Shown one piece after another: positions 10,170 through 19,644 of a stretch of 64,000 bases of DNA. Below the pieces are notes generated by a model. It was not told the origin of the DNA. It did no database searches and saw nothing but the letters and a program-made list of their open reading frames with translations. This stretch comes from an uncultured Candidatus Rokubacteria bacterium (GTDB lineage Bacteria > Methylomirabilota > Methylomirabilia > Rokubacteriales > CSP1-6), in assembly GCA_963827505.1 (NCBI GenBank), contig CAWHBD010000002.1:393692-457691 (forward strand), written 5' to 3'. Positions within the stretch are counted from its first letter, which is position 1. Every line of letters starts with the position of its first letter. Both the position numbers and the translations under genes were made by a program.

Positions 10170-11017
10170 CCGCGGCTCACGGTTCGAGAAGCTCGGGACC
10201 GGCTTCCTCTTCACCGAGGGGCCGCTGTGGCACCCGACCGGAAAGTACCTGCTCTTCAGCGACATGCCCGGCGATCACCTGCGCCGGTGGTCGGCCCGGG
10301 ACGGCGTCACCACCTTCCGCAAGCCCTGCAACATGTCCAACGGGCTCACCTATGACCGCCAGGGGCGTCTGGTCGCCTGCGAGCACGCCTAGCAGCCAGG
10401 TGACCCGCACCGAGGCCGACGGCCGCATCGTGCCGCTCGCCACGCACTACCAGGGCCGGCAACTCAACAGCCCCAACGACATCGTGTGCCGATCCGACGG
10501 CGGCATCTACTTCAGCGATCCGCCCTACGGCCGGGCCAAGTTCTACGGGGTCGAGCGGCCCCAGGAGCTCGCCTTCCAGGGTGTCTTCCGGGTCGGCGCC
10601 GACCCCAAGTCGCCCACACTGCTCGTCGACGACTTCGAGCGTCCCAACGGGCTCTGCTTCTCGCTCGACGAGGCGCGCCTGTTCATCAACGACACCGCCC
10701 GCAAGCACATCCGCGTCTTCGACGTGGCCCCCGACGGCGGCGCTCCGCCGACGGCCGGCTCTGGGCCGAGACGAAGGGCGACGGGCCGGGCGCGCCCGAC
10801 GGCATGAAGCTCGACTCCGCCGGCAACGTGTACTGCTGCGGGCCGGGCGGCATCCACGTGTTCGACCCCGACGCGAACCTGCTCGGGGTGATCTGACGGT
10901 TCCCGAGTACACGGCGAACTTCGCGTGGGGCGACGACGATTATCGCTCGCTGTTCATCACCGCCTCGACGTCGCTGTACCGGGTGCGCGTACCGTCCCCG
11001 GCCTGCCGGCGTTCTGA
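10166..11017 (+). pseudogene. SMP-30/gluconolactonase/LRE-like (SGL) beta-propeller hydrolase, 3 or more frameshifts
   Basis: Fragments RFEKLGTGFLFTEGPLWHPTGKYLLFSDMPGDHLRRW...NGLTYDRQGRLVACEH (frame 1), GRQLNSPNDIVCRSDGGIYFSDPPYG...RPNGLCFSLDEARLFINDTARKHIRVFDVAPDGG (frame 2), ETKGDGPGAPDGMKLDSAGNVYCCGPGGIHVFDPDANLLGVI (frame 3), and VPEYTANFAWGDDDYRSLFITASTSLYRVRV plus ...PGLPAF-stop (TGA at 11015). Confidence 0.55.
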
Positions 11018-11044
11018 GCGCGCCGACTCGACAAGGAGGTCGTC

Positions 11045-12243
11045 ATGCAACGACGCACTGCTGCTGATCCTGCTCGCTCGCCCTGATCGCTGGCCGTGCC
11101 GATCGGCCGCCGACGCCCAGAAGCCGATCAAGGTCGGCATGCCCATGCTCGCTCTCCGGCCCGCGGCGCCCTCTTCGGCGAGCCCGCCTCCAAGGGCGCC
11201 AGATGTACGTCGAGGAGGTCAACGCCAAGGGCGGCGTGCTCGGCCGCAAGATCGAGCTCATCGTGCGCGACTCCAAGGCCGACGCCAACGAAGCGGTGCG
11301 CAGTGCGCGCGAGCTCATCCTGAAGGACAACGTCGACTTCCTGGTCGGTACGCTGACCTCCGCCGAGGGCCCGGCCGTCTCGGTGGTGGCCAAGGAGAAC
11401 AAGATCGTCTTCATCGCGCCGATCCCGAAGACCGACCAGCTCACCGCCCCCGACAAGCTGCACCCCTACGTGTTCCGCGTCGCCGCCAACACCACGATGG
11501 AGGGCCGCAGCGCCGCCGAGATCGTGGCCAAGTGGCCGGTCACGAAGGTCGCCACGATCGCCTTCGACTACGCCTACGGCCAGGACGTCACCAAGGCGTT
11601 CGTCGAGCACATCAAGAAGATCAAGCCGAGCGTGCAGATCGTGGACCAGCAGTGGCCCAAGCTCGGCGAGCAGGACTACAACGCCGTTCATCAACGCCCA
11701 GATGGCCAAGAAGCCGGAGGCCATCGTTTCGTCGCATCTGGGGCGGCTTCTTCGTCACCTACTCCAAGCAGGCCAAGGCGCTCGGCGTGTTCGACGCCGT
11801 GAAGTACAACTTCCTCGGCCTCGGGGAGGCGGCTACGCCGGAGACGACCAAGTCGATGGGCGCCGACTACCCGGTCGGCATCTGGGGCAACGCCTACGAC
11901 GCCTTCTACTGGGGCGAGACGCCAGGCCCACAAGGACTACACGGCGCGGCTGTCGAAGTACCTGAAGGACGAGTATCCGTCGTCGTGGGCCATCCAGGGC
12001 TACACCGGCATGCAGTTCCTGGTCGAGGCGATCAAGAAGGCCAACAGCACCGACTCCGACAAGGTGGCCAAGGCCCTGCTCGGCCTCACGGTCGAGACGC
12101 CGATCGGGCCGCAGACGATCCGGGAAAAGGACCACCAGGCGAACCGCGGCCAGCTCTACGGCAAGACCGCGATGGACCCCAAGTACCCGTTCGCGATCAT
12201 GAAGCCCGCCGTGTACGTCGATCCCACGAAGTTCATGGATTGA
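11045..12243 (+). pseudogene. livK: Branched-chain amino-acid ABC transporter substrate-binding protein (LivK/LivJ family), 8 or more frameshifts
   Basis: AAGGAGG RBS before the ATG at 11045. Signal peptide MQRRT(L)LLLILLA..., then PIKVGMPMLAL, MYVEEVNAKGGVLGRKIELIVRDSKADANEAVRSARELILKDNVDFLVGTLTSAEGPAVSVVAKENKIVFIAP, MAKKPEAIVSSHLG, FFVTYSKQAKALGVFDAVKYNFLGLGEAATPETTKSMGADYPVGIWGNAYDAFYWGETPG and KANSTDSDKVAKALLGLTVETPIGPQTIREKDHQANRGQLYGKTAMD...KPAVYVDPTKFMD-stop are spread over all three frames. Confidence 0.6.
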
Positions 12244-12349
12244 TTGGACTGGGGGCCACGACATGGCCCCCAGACCCCCAGGTCGCTCGGGGCGCCCCGG
12301 CGGAGCCGTGGCGCCCCTCGACCTTCGGGGGTAACCTAACGCGTCCTAC

Positions 12350-13239
12350 ATGCCCGATCCCTCGTTCGTCTTCGCGCAGTCGATCAGCGGCCTCACGGCG
12401 GCGATGTTCCTGTTCCTCATCGCCTCCGGGCTGTCGCTCATCTTCGGCGTGCTGCGCGTGCTCAACTTCGCGCACGGCACCTTCTACATGCTCGGCGCCT
12501 ACTCGGCTTTCCAGCTCGTGCAGTGGCTGGGCGTGGGCGGCGGCCGGTTCTGGCTGGCCGCGCTGGGCGCCGCCACTGCGGTGGCGCTGCTGGGCGGGAT
12601 CATCGAGCGGCTGCTGTTCCGCCACCTCTACGGCAAGGAGGAGCTCTACCAGCTACTGTTCACTTACGCGCTGGTGCTGATCCTGAGCGACGCCGCGAAG
12701 ATGATCTGGGGCACGCAGCAGAAGTCGGTGAGCCGGCCGCCCGGGCTCGACCGGCGCGCTTCTCGCTCTTCGGCGCCACCATCCCCTACTACAACCTGTT
12801 CATCCTGCTGCTGGGGCCGGCCATCGCGCTCGGCTTCTGGTTCGTGCTGCAGCGCACGCGGGTCGGGCCGCTTCATCCGCGCGGCGGCGCTCGACCGCGA
12901 GACGCTCGGCGCCCTCGGCGTCAACGTCGACGCGCTCTACACGGGCGTCTTCGTGATCGCCTCGTTCCTCGGCGGCCTCGGCGGCGCCCTCGTCACGCCC
13001 GATGCGCGACCATCGTGCCCGGCATGGACACCGAGATCATCGTCGAGGCCTTCGTGGTCGTGGTCATCGGCGGCCTCGGCTCGTTCTGGGGGACCTTCCT
13101 CGGCGCGCTCGTCTACGGCCAGGTGCTGTCGTTCGGCATCCTGTTCTTCCCGCGCTTCTCGATCTTCTCGGTCTTCGCCCTCATGGCCGGCGTGCTCATC
13201 ATCCGGCCGTGGGGCCTGCTGGGCCGCCCGCTCAAGTGA
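12350..13239 (+). pseudogene. livH: Branched-chain amino-acid ABC transporter permease LivH, about 3 frameshifts
   Basis: N-terminus MPDPSFVFAQSISGLTAAMFLFLIASGLSLIFGVLRVLNFAHGTFYMLGAYSAF is intact. Then FSLFGATIPYYNLFILLLGPAIALGFWFVLQRTRVG and IVPGMDTEIIVEAFVVVVIGGLGSFWGTFLGALVYGQ...GLLGRPLK-stop fall in another frame. Confidence 0.55.
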
Positions 13240-14228
13240 TGGCGCAGCTGGCCCGGCTGCCGTGGGGTCTGCTCGTCCTCGTGGCCGCGTTCTGCGTGCC
13301 CGCCGCTCGGCTCGCGCTTCTACACGTTCCTGGCCAACGACATCGTCATCTGGGCGCTGTTCGCCACCAGCCTCAACCTGCTCGTCGGCTACACCGGCCT
13401 GGTGTCGTTCGGCCACGCCGCCTACTTCGGCATCGGCGCCTACACGACCGGGCTCCTGATGAAGAAGCTGGCGGTGCCATTCCTGCTCGCCTTCCCGGCC
13501 GCCGGCGTGGTGGCCGGCGCCTTCGCGCTCGTCTTCGGCTTCTTCTGCGTGCGGCTCACGCGGATCTACTTCGCGATGCTCACGCTGGCCTTCGCCCAGA
13601 TCGTGTGGGCCATCTGCTTCAAGTGGAACGAGGTCACGGGCGGCGAGCAGGGCATGCCGGAGATCCCCTACCCGAGCTTCGACTGGGTGGACGCTCGCCG
13701 GTGCTGCCGCTGGTGGGCGGCTACCGCACGGCGCGAGTACTTCTACTTCCTGACGCTGTGCTGATGGTCGCCCTCTGCCTGTGGCTGCTCCGGCGCATCG
13801 TCGGCTCGCCGTTCGGGCGCATGCTGACGACGATCCGCGAGAACGCCGAGCGCGCGGAGTTCATCGGGGTCAACGTCCGGCGCTACGAGCTGGCCGCCTT
13901 CGTGCTGGCCGGGCGCCTTCGCCGGGCCTCGCCGGCGGGCTCTTCGGCATCTTCAACCGCGGCGTCTTCCCCGACTTCGCCTACTGGACGAAGTCCTCCG
14001 AGGTGCTGATCATGACGCTGCTGGGCGGCATGGGCGCGTTCTACGGCCCCGCCGTCGGCGCCCTCGTGCTGCTCTGGCTCAACCAGCAGATCGTCGTCCT
14101 ACACCGAGTACTGGCCGCTCGTCCTCGGCACCATCCTGGTCATCCTGCTCTTCGTCTTCCCCGGCGGGCTCGCCGGGCGCCGTCGCAGCGCTCGGCAGCC
14201 GGCGCCTGGCGGAGGCCGCGCGCGTGCT
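13236..14228 (+). pseudogene. livM: Branched-chain amino-acid ABC transporter permease LivM, multiple frameshifts
   Basis: MAQLARLPWGLLVLVAAFCVP... then NLLVGYTGLVSFGHAAYFGIGAYTTGLLMKKLAVPFLLAF...IYFAMLTLAFAQIVWAICFKWNEVTGGEQGMPEIP... then MVALCLWLLRRIVGSPFGRMLTTIRENAERAEFIGVNVRRYELAAFVLAG... then GIFNRGVFPDFAYWTKSSEVLIMTLLGGMGAFYGPAVGALVLLWLNQQIVV, across three frames. Confidence 0.55.
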
Positions 14229-14975
14229 TGAGGTGCGCGACGTCCGCAAGAGCTTCGACGGCTTCCAGGCCGTGGGCGGCGTGAGCCTCGACGGTGGCCC
14301 GCGGGCTCGATCAGCGCCATCATCGGTCCCAACGGCGCCGGGCAAGACCACGCTCTTCAACCTGATCACCGGTCACCTCCGGCCCGACGCCGGCCCGTGG
14401 TGCTTCAAGGGCCGCGACATCACCGGCATCGCCCCGCACGACTCTGCCGGCTCGGGCATGGGGCGCTCGTTCCAGCGCACCAACATCTTCCCGCAAGCCT
14501 GACCGTCTACGAGAACGTGCAGGCCGCCTTCCTGTCCCACCGTGGGCGGGGCTGCGAACCTGTTCGAGCCGCGTGGACGCGGCTCTACCGGGACGAGACC
14601 GACGGCGCTGCTGGGCGCGGTCGGCCTGCTCGACCAGCGCCGGGGAGGTCAGTCCGGCTTCCTCTCCCACGGCGCCCAGAAGCAGCTCGAGCTGGGCATC
14701 GCGCTGGCGCTGCGAGCCGGCGCTCCTGCTCCTCGACGAGCCGACGGCCGGCATGTCGGCCACCGAGACGCGCGAGACCATCCGTCTGATCGAGCGCATC
14801 GCCCGCGAGCGCGGCCTGACGCTGCTGTTCACCGAGCACGACATGGAGGTGGTGTTCTCCATCGCCCAGCGCATCACCGTGCTCCACCAGGGCCGGGTGA
14901 TCGCCGAGGGCGCGCCGGCCGAGGTGCGCGCCGATCCCGAGGTGCGCCGCGTCTACCTCGGGCGAGCGCCGGTGA
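14224..14975 (+). pseudogene. livG: Branched-chain amino-acid ABC transporter ATP-binding protein LivG, about 3 frameshifts
   Basis: LEVRDVRKSFDGFQAVGGVSLD...IIGPNGAGKTTLFNLITGHLRPDAGPWCFKGRDITGIAPHDSAGSGMGRSFQRTNIFP (Walker A), then TVYENVQAAFLSHRGRG, then SPTAPRSSSSWASRWRCEP...LLLLDEPTAGMSATE (Walker B)...LFTEHDMEVVFSIAQRITVLHQGRVIAEGAPAEVRADPEVRRVYLGE. Confidence 0.55.
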
Positions 14976-15691
14976 GCACGCCGCCGCCGCTGCTCGAGGT
15001 GCGCGAGACTCCACACCGCCTACGGCCTGTCGCGGTGCTGTTCGGCGTGTCGCTCGAGATGCCGCGCGGGCGAGTGCGTGTGCCTGCTCGGCCGCAACGG
15101 CGTCGGCAAGACCACGACCATGCGCAGCATCATGGGCCTCACCCCGCCGCAGCCGCGGCCGCGTCGTGTGGAAGGGCACGCGACATCACCGGCTGGGCGC
15201 CCTACCGGATCGCCCGCGCCGGGCATCGGCTTCGTGCCCGAGGACCGCCGCATCTTCGCCGACCTGACGGTGTGGGAAAACCTCGACGTGGCGAGCGCGG
15301 CGCCGCCGGCCGGCGGCTTCACGGTCGAGCGCGTCTTCGACCTCTTCCCCAAGCTGCGCGAGCTGTGCGCTCGCGCAACGGTGGCTTCCTCTCCGGCGGC
15401 GAGCAGCAGATGCTCACCATCGCCCGAACGCTCATGGGCAACCCCGAGCTGCTGCTGCTCGACGAGCCGTCCGAGGGGCTGGCGCCGCTGGTGGTCGACC
15501 ACCTGCGCGAGCAGGTCGAACGCCTCAGGCGCGAGGGGCTCACGATCCTGCTCGCCGAGCAGAACGTCGAGTTCTCGCTCGCGCTGGCCGACCGCGTCTA
15601 CGTGCTGGAGAAGGGCTCGATCCGCTTCAGCGGACCGGCCGCGCGCCTTCGCGATGACGAGGCACTGAGGCACGAGCTGCTGGCGCTCTGA
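14972..15691 (+). pseudogene. livF: Branched-chain amino-acid ABC transporter ATP-binding protein LivF, about 3 frameshifts
   Basis: LLEVRET.H.AYG...LFGVSLEMPRGECVCLLGRNGVGKTTTMRSIMGL, then GFVPEDRRIFADLTVWENLDVASAAPPAGGFTVERVFDLFPKLREL, then GGFLSGGEQQMLTIARTLMGNPELLLLDEPSEGLAPLVVDHLREQVERLRREGLTILLAEQNVEFSLALADRVYVLEKGSIRFSGPAARLRDDEALRHELLAL-stop. Confidence 0.55.
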
Positions 15692-15808
15692 CCGCACAAG
15701 GGCCGGGCCCGGCCTCCGACCGGCGGGCGCAAACCCTTCCCGGGGCCGTGCGGTGTGTCATACCATAGACTTCAGTCACGGCTGGCGACCGCGCCAGCGG
15801 AGGGTGGC

Positions 15809-17131
15809 ATGCGGATTCGCTTCTGGGGCACCCGCGGCTCCATCCCCAAGCCGGGCCCGGCCACCGTCCGGTACGGGGGCAATACCTCCTGCGTCGAGGT
15901 CCGGTCCGACGGCACGCTGATCGTGCTCGACTGCGGCACCGGCGCCCACGAGCTGGGCCAGCAACTCGTCACCACCTACCCCGGCCCGATGCGCGGTCAC
16001 CTGCTGATCACTCACACGCACTGGGACCATATCCAGGGCTTCCCGTTTTTCGCGCCGCTGTTCGTTTCCGGCAGCGAGTGGGACGTGTACGCGCCACGCC
16101 AGGTGGGCCGCACGTTGGAGGAGATCCTCGGCGGCCAGATGCACCGCACGTACTTTCCGGTGCCGCTCGGCGAGCTGGCCGCGACCATTCGCTACCACGA
16201 GCTGAGTGAGGGGGCCTTCAACCTCGACGCTGTCCGCGTGACCACCCGCTACATGAACCATCCGGCGCCCGCGCTCGCCTACCGGCTGGAGGCCGGAGGG
16301 GTGGCCGTCGTCTACGCCACCGACCACGAGCCCCACTCGCGCCACCATCCGGAGGCCACCGGCGAGGCCGCGCGGGTGCATCGCGAGGACGCCCGCCACA
16401 TCGAGTTCCTGGCCGGAGCCGACCTGGTGATCCACGACGCGACGTACACGCTAGAGGAGTACCCGGCCCGGCTGTCGTGGGGGCACACGCCGGCCGAGTG
16501 GGCCGTCGACTTCGCGGTGGCGGCGCGAGTCCGCCGGCTCGCCCTCTTCCACCACGAGCCGTCGCGCACCGACCGCGCCATCGACCGGCTCCTCGCCAGC
16601 TGCCGCAAGCGCCTGCCGGCCAAGGACGGCCCCGAGGTGTTCGCGGCCGCCGAGGGCCAGTACCTGGTGGTCGTGCGGCCCGGCGCCACGCCGACGTCGT
16701 CCACGCCGGTGGTCGCCTCCACGGCCGCGCGGATGGCAGCGCCAGAGAAGACGACGATCCTCGTGGCCGACGACGACCCCGACGTGATGGCGGTAATCTT
16801 GGAGACGCTGGAGCCGGAGGGCTACCGGGTCATCACGGCCACCGACGGCGACACCGCGCTGCAGCTCGCCCGCGACGAGCGGCCGGACATCGTCGTGCTC
16901 GACTGGATGATGCCGGGGCAGGACGGGCTGTCCGTGTGCCGGGCGCTGCGTCAGGAGAGCGATCCCAGGCTGGCCGAGGTTCCGGTCGTCCTCATCACCG
17001 GGCGTGCCGACGCCCAGGACACGGCAGCGGGCTTCACCGCCGGCGTGACCGACTACCTCACGAAGCCGTTCAAGCCCACGCACCTCGTCGCACGCCTGCA
17101 GTCCTGGCTCAGCCGCTCGCACAGCGGCTGA
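15809..17131 (+). CDS. MBL-fold metallo-hydrolase (RNase Z / PhnP-like) fused to a C-terminal response-regulator receiver (REC) domain
   Basis: Intact. RBS GGAGGGTGG before ATG 15809. MRIRFWGTRGSIPKPG...VLDCGTG...HLLITHTHWDHIQGFPFF (HxHxDH) in the N-terminal ~300 aa. C-terminal 120 aa: TILVADDDPDVMAVILETLEPEGYRVITATDGDTALQLARDERPDIVVLDWMMPGQDGLSVCRALRQ...VPVVLITGRAD...DYLTKPF, with the phosphoacceptor Asp in VVLDW. Confidence 0.8.
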   Translation: MRIRFWGTRGSIPKPGPATVRYGGNTSCVEVRSDGTLIVLDCGTGAHELGQQLVTTYPGPMRGHLLITHTHWDHIQGFPFFAPLFVSGSEWDVYAPRQVGRTLEEILGGQMHRTYFPVPLGELAATIRYHELSEGAFNLDAVRVTTRYMNHPAPALAYRLEAGGVAVVYATDHEPHSRHHPEATGEAARVHREDARHIEFLAGADLVIHDATYTLEEYPARLSWGHTPAEWAVDFAVAARVRRLALFHHEPSRTDRAIDRLLASCRKRLPAKDGPEVFAAAEGQYLVVVRPGATPTSSTPVVASTAARMAAPEKTTILVADDDPDVMAVILETLEPEGYRVITATDGDTALQLARDERPDIVVLDWMMPGQDGLSVCRALRQESDPRLAEVPVVLITGRADAQDTAAGFTAGVTDYLTKPFKPTHLVARLQSWLSRSHSG

Positions 17132-17157
17132 GCGCGTTCCCCCGCGCCGGCCACGCC

Positions 17158-17330
17158 GGTGCGCGGGGAGCGGGCGATGGAGCGACAGGGTCCCCTTCGG
17201 TTCCGCGAGAGACGACCCGATGCGCCGTGGCATGGTCGGAGCCTGTCCTACGTGTGGCCCTACACGATCGAAGCCAACGGACCCTCAGGAAACCCTGTCG
17301 CTCCATCGCCCGCTCCCCGCGCACCGGCGT
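17158..17330. repeat. Structured intergenic repeat, family 1, copy 2 (core inverted relative to copy 1)
   Basis: Arms CCGGTGCGCGGGGAGCGGGCGATGGAGCGACAGGGTCCCC and GGAAACCCTGTCGCTCCATCGCCCGCTCCCCGCGCACCGG form a perfect ~38-bp stem. The arm sequence differs from copy 1 (GCAGGG vs ATGGAG) but the changes are compensated on the partner arm. Core GGTTCCGCGAGAGACGACCC...GTCGGAGCCTGTCCTACGTGTGGCCCTACACGATCGAAGCCAACGG. Lies between the convergent MBL-REC and hydroxylase genes. Confidence 0.7.
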
Positions 17331-17372
17331 CCCCAACACCGCTTCAGGCGAATCTGAACTTCGGACGGCGGG

Positions 17373-19628
17373 CTACGTCGGGCGGGGGGTGAAGGTCTTC
17401 ACTGAGATGTACTGGTCGGGCCAGGGGAGGTCGAGGCCCTGGTCGCGGGCGGCGTGGCGGGTCCAGTAGGGGTCGTAGAGGTGGGCACGGGCCAGGACGC
17501 AGAGGTCGGCGCGGCCGGCGGCGATGATCGAGTTGACGTCGGCGCTGGAGGCGACGCCGCCGACGGTCATGGTCGGAATGCCGGCCTCGTGGCGGATCCG
17601 GTCGCTGAACGGCGTCTGGAACAGGCGGCCGTGATCGGGCGCCTGATCGGGCACCGTGTTGCCGGCCGACACGTCGACGATGTCACAGCCGTGGGTGCGT
17701 AGCGCGCGCGCCACCTCGACGGCATCCCTCGGCGACAGGCCGCCCTCCTTCCAGTCGGTGGCCGAGAGCCGGACCGAGATGGGCTTGGCGACAGGCCATG
17801 CCGCCCGGACGGCGTCGAAGACCTCGAGCGGGAAGCGCAGGCGGTTGGCGAGCGCGCCGCCGTAGGCATCGGCACGCCGGTTGGTGAGCGGCGACAGGAA
17901 CGACGCCAGCAGGTAGCCGTGGGCGATGTGGAGCTCGAGCAGGTCGAAGCCGGCCTCCTCGGCCATGCGGGTGGCTCGCACGAAGTCGTCGCGCACGGCG
18001 TCCATGTCCCCGCGGTCCATCTCGCGCGGGACCTGGCTGTGCGGGAAGTACGGGATCGGCGACGCCGAGATCAGCGGCCAGTTGCCCTCGGGCAAGGGCT
18101 CGTCGATGCCCTCCCACAGCCGGCGCGTGGAGCCCTTGCGCCCGGCGTGGGCGAGCTGGATGCCGATCCGGGCCGGGCTGGCGCCGTGCACGAAGTCGAC
18201 GATGCGCTTCCACGCGGCCACGTGCTCGGGCTTGTACAGGCCGGTGCAGCCAGGGCTGATGCGCCCGTCGCGGCTGACGTCGGTCATCTCCGTCATCACC
18301 AGCCCCGCCCCGCCGACCGCGCGACTGCCCAGATGCACCAGGTGCCAGTCGCCCGGCGTGCCGTCCTCGGCCGAGTACTGGCACATCGGCGAGACGACGA
18401 CGCGGTTGGACAGCACCAGTCCTCGGAGCCGGAACGGCGTGAACATCGGCGGCGGGAGCGGGGCCGCGGGCACCGTCACGCCGCTCTGCTGCGCAGCCTT
18501 CTCGGCGAGCCAGCCGTCGACCGTGGCCACGAGCTTGGCGTCGCGGGCCTTCAGGCTGTCGTGCGTCACCCGCAGGCTGCGCGTGAGCAGGCTGTAGGCG
18601 AGCTGGGCGGGCTCCAGGCGGCCGTGGTACCGCTCGGTGTGCTCGAACCACTCCAGGCTGCGCTGGGCCGCGCGCTGCAGCGCCTCGACCTGGGGCCGGC
18701 GCTCCGCCTCGTAGGCCGGCAGTGCCCGCCGCACCTCGTCGTGGGCCTGCAGGCTGCGGCTGAGAGCGATGGCGTCCTCCATCGCGAGCTTGGTGCCGGA
18801 GCCGATCGAGAAGTGCGCGGTGTGGGCGGCGTCGCCGACGAGGACGATGTTGTCGTGGTACCAGGCGTCGTTGCGGATGACCGGGAAGGCCCGCCACAGC
18901 GAGCGATTGTTCAAGATCGGATGGCCCTCCAGCTCGCGCGCGAACAGCGCCTGCGCGAACGCCACCGTGTCGTCCTCGCGGGCCTCGTCCAGGCCGGCCC
19001 GCCGCCAGGTGTCCTCCGTGCACTCGAGGATGAACGTCGAGTGGTGGCGGTCGTAGCTGTAGGCGTGCACGCGCCACAGCCCGTGCTCGTCCTCCTTGAA
19101 CATGAAGGTGAAGGCCCGGAACGGGAACGTCGTGCCGAGCCAGACGAACCGGTTGCGGCGCCAGTCGATGCGCGGCCGGAAGTGACGGGCATGGCGCTGG
19201 CGCACCCAGGAGTTCACCCCGTCGGCGGCCAGCACGAGGTCGGCCCCCGCCCACGCCTCCGGCCGATCGACCTCCGTGGAAAAGCGGAGGACCACACCCA
19301 GGTCGGTGGCCCGGGCCTGGAGGATGTCGAGCAGCCGCTGGCGGGAGAGGCCGGCGAAGCCGTGGCCGGTCGAGGTCAACACCTGCCCCCGGTAGTGGAT
19401 ATCGATGTCGTCCCAGTGGGCGAAGGCTCGGGTGATGGCGGCGTGCGTCTCAGGGTCGGCCTCGCGGAAGTTGTCGAGGGTGGCATCGGAGAAGACCACG
19501 CCGAAGCCGAAGGTGTCGTCGGAGCGATTGCGCTCGAGGACGATCACCTCGTGGGCCGGATCGGCCCTCTTCATCAAGATCGCGAGGTACAGGCCGGCCG
19601 GCCCGCCGCCGATCGAGACGATCTTCAC
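17373..19628 (-). CDS. Bifunctional FAD-dependent aromatic monooxygenase / Old Yellow Enzyme oxidoreductase (salicylyl-CoA 5-hydroxylase-like), 751 aa
   Basis: Intact. N-terminus [19 protein letters not shown] (GxGxxG FAD fold)...[27 protein letters not shown] (flavoprotein hydroxylase). C-terminal ~350 aa OYE domain: [42 protein letters not shown]...[12 protein letters not shown]...[26 protein letters not shown]. The domain order matches the gentisate-pathway salicylyl-CoA 5-hydroxylase type. Confidence 0.75.
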   Translation of the reverse strand: MKIVSIGGGPAGLYLAILMKRADPAHEVIVLERNRSDDTFGFGVVFSDATLDNFREADPETHAAITRAFAHWDDIDIHYRGQVLTSTGHGFAGLSRQRLLDILQARATDLGVVLRFSTEVDRPEAWAGADLVLAADGVNSWVRQRHARHFRPRIDWRRNRFVWLGTTFPFRAFTFMFKEDEHGLWRVHAYSYDRHHSTFILECTEDTWRRAGLDEAREDDTVAFAQALFARELEGHPILNNRSLWRAFPVIRNDAWYHDNIVLVGDAAHTAHFSIGSGTKLAMEDAIALSRSLQAHDEVRRALPAYEAERRPQVEALQRAAQRSLEWFEHTERYHGRLEPAQLAYSLLTRSLRVTHDSLKARDAKLVATVDGWLAEKAAQQSGVTVPAAPLPPPMFTPFRLRGLVLSNRVVVSPMCQYSAEDGTPGDWHLVHLGSRAVGGAGLVMTEMTDVSRDGRISPGCTGLYKPEHVAAWKRIVDFVHGASPARIGIQLAHAGRKGSTRRLWEGIDEPLPEGNWPLISASPIPYFPHSQVPREMDRGDMDAVRDDFVRATRMAEEAGFDLLELHIAHGYLLASFLSPLTNRRADAYGGALANRLRFPLEVFDAVRAAWPVAKPISVRLSATDWKEGGLSPRDAVEVARALRTHGCDIVDVSAGNTVPDQAPDHGRLFQTPFSDRIRHEAGIPTMTVGGVASSADVNSIIAAGRADLCVLARAHLYDPYWTRHAARDQGLDLPWPDQYISVKTFTPRPT

Positions 19629-19644
19629 GCCTTCGATTGTACGA

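Noticed and set aside
9979-10993. Calling the tautomerase-SGL region a single genuine fusion CDS
   Set aside because: The SGL part needs at least three further frame changes to be read, so the in-frame junction cannot be distinguished from the first of a series of indels. I reported it as a tautomerase CDS plus a disrupted SGL gene.
10581-12680. A 699-aa ORF (10581..12680) as a single giant protein
   Set aside because: It is a chain of out-of-frame read-throughs stitching the 3' end of the SGL gene, livK fragments and part of livH. Only short segments of it are real (SGL C-terminus and livK pieces).
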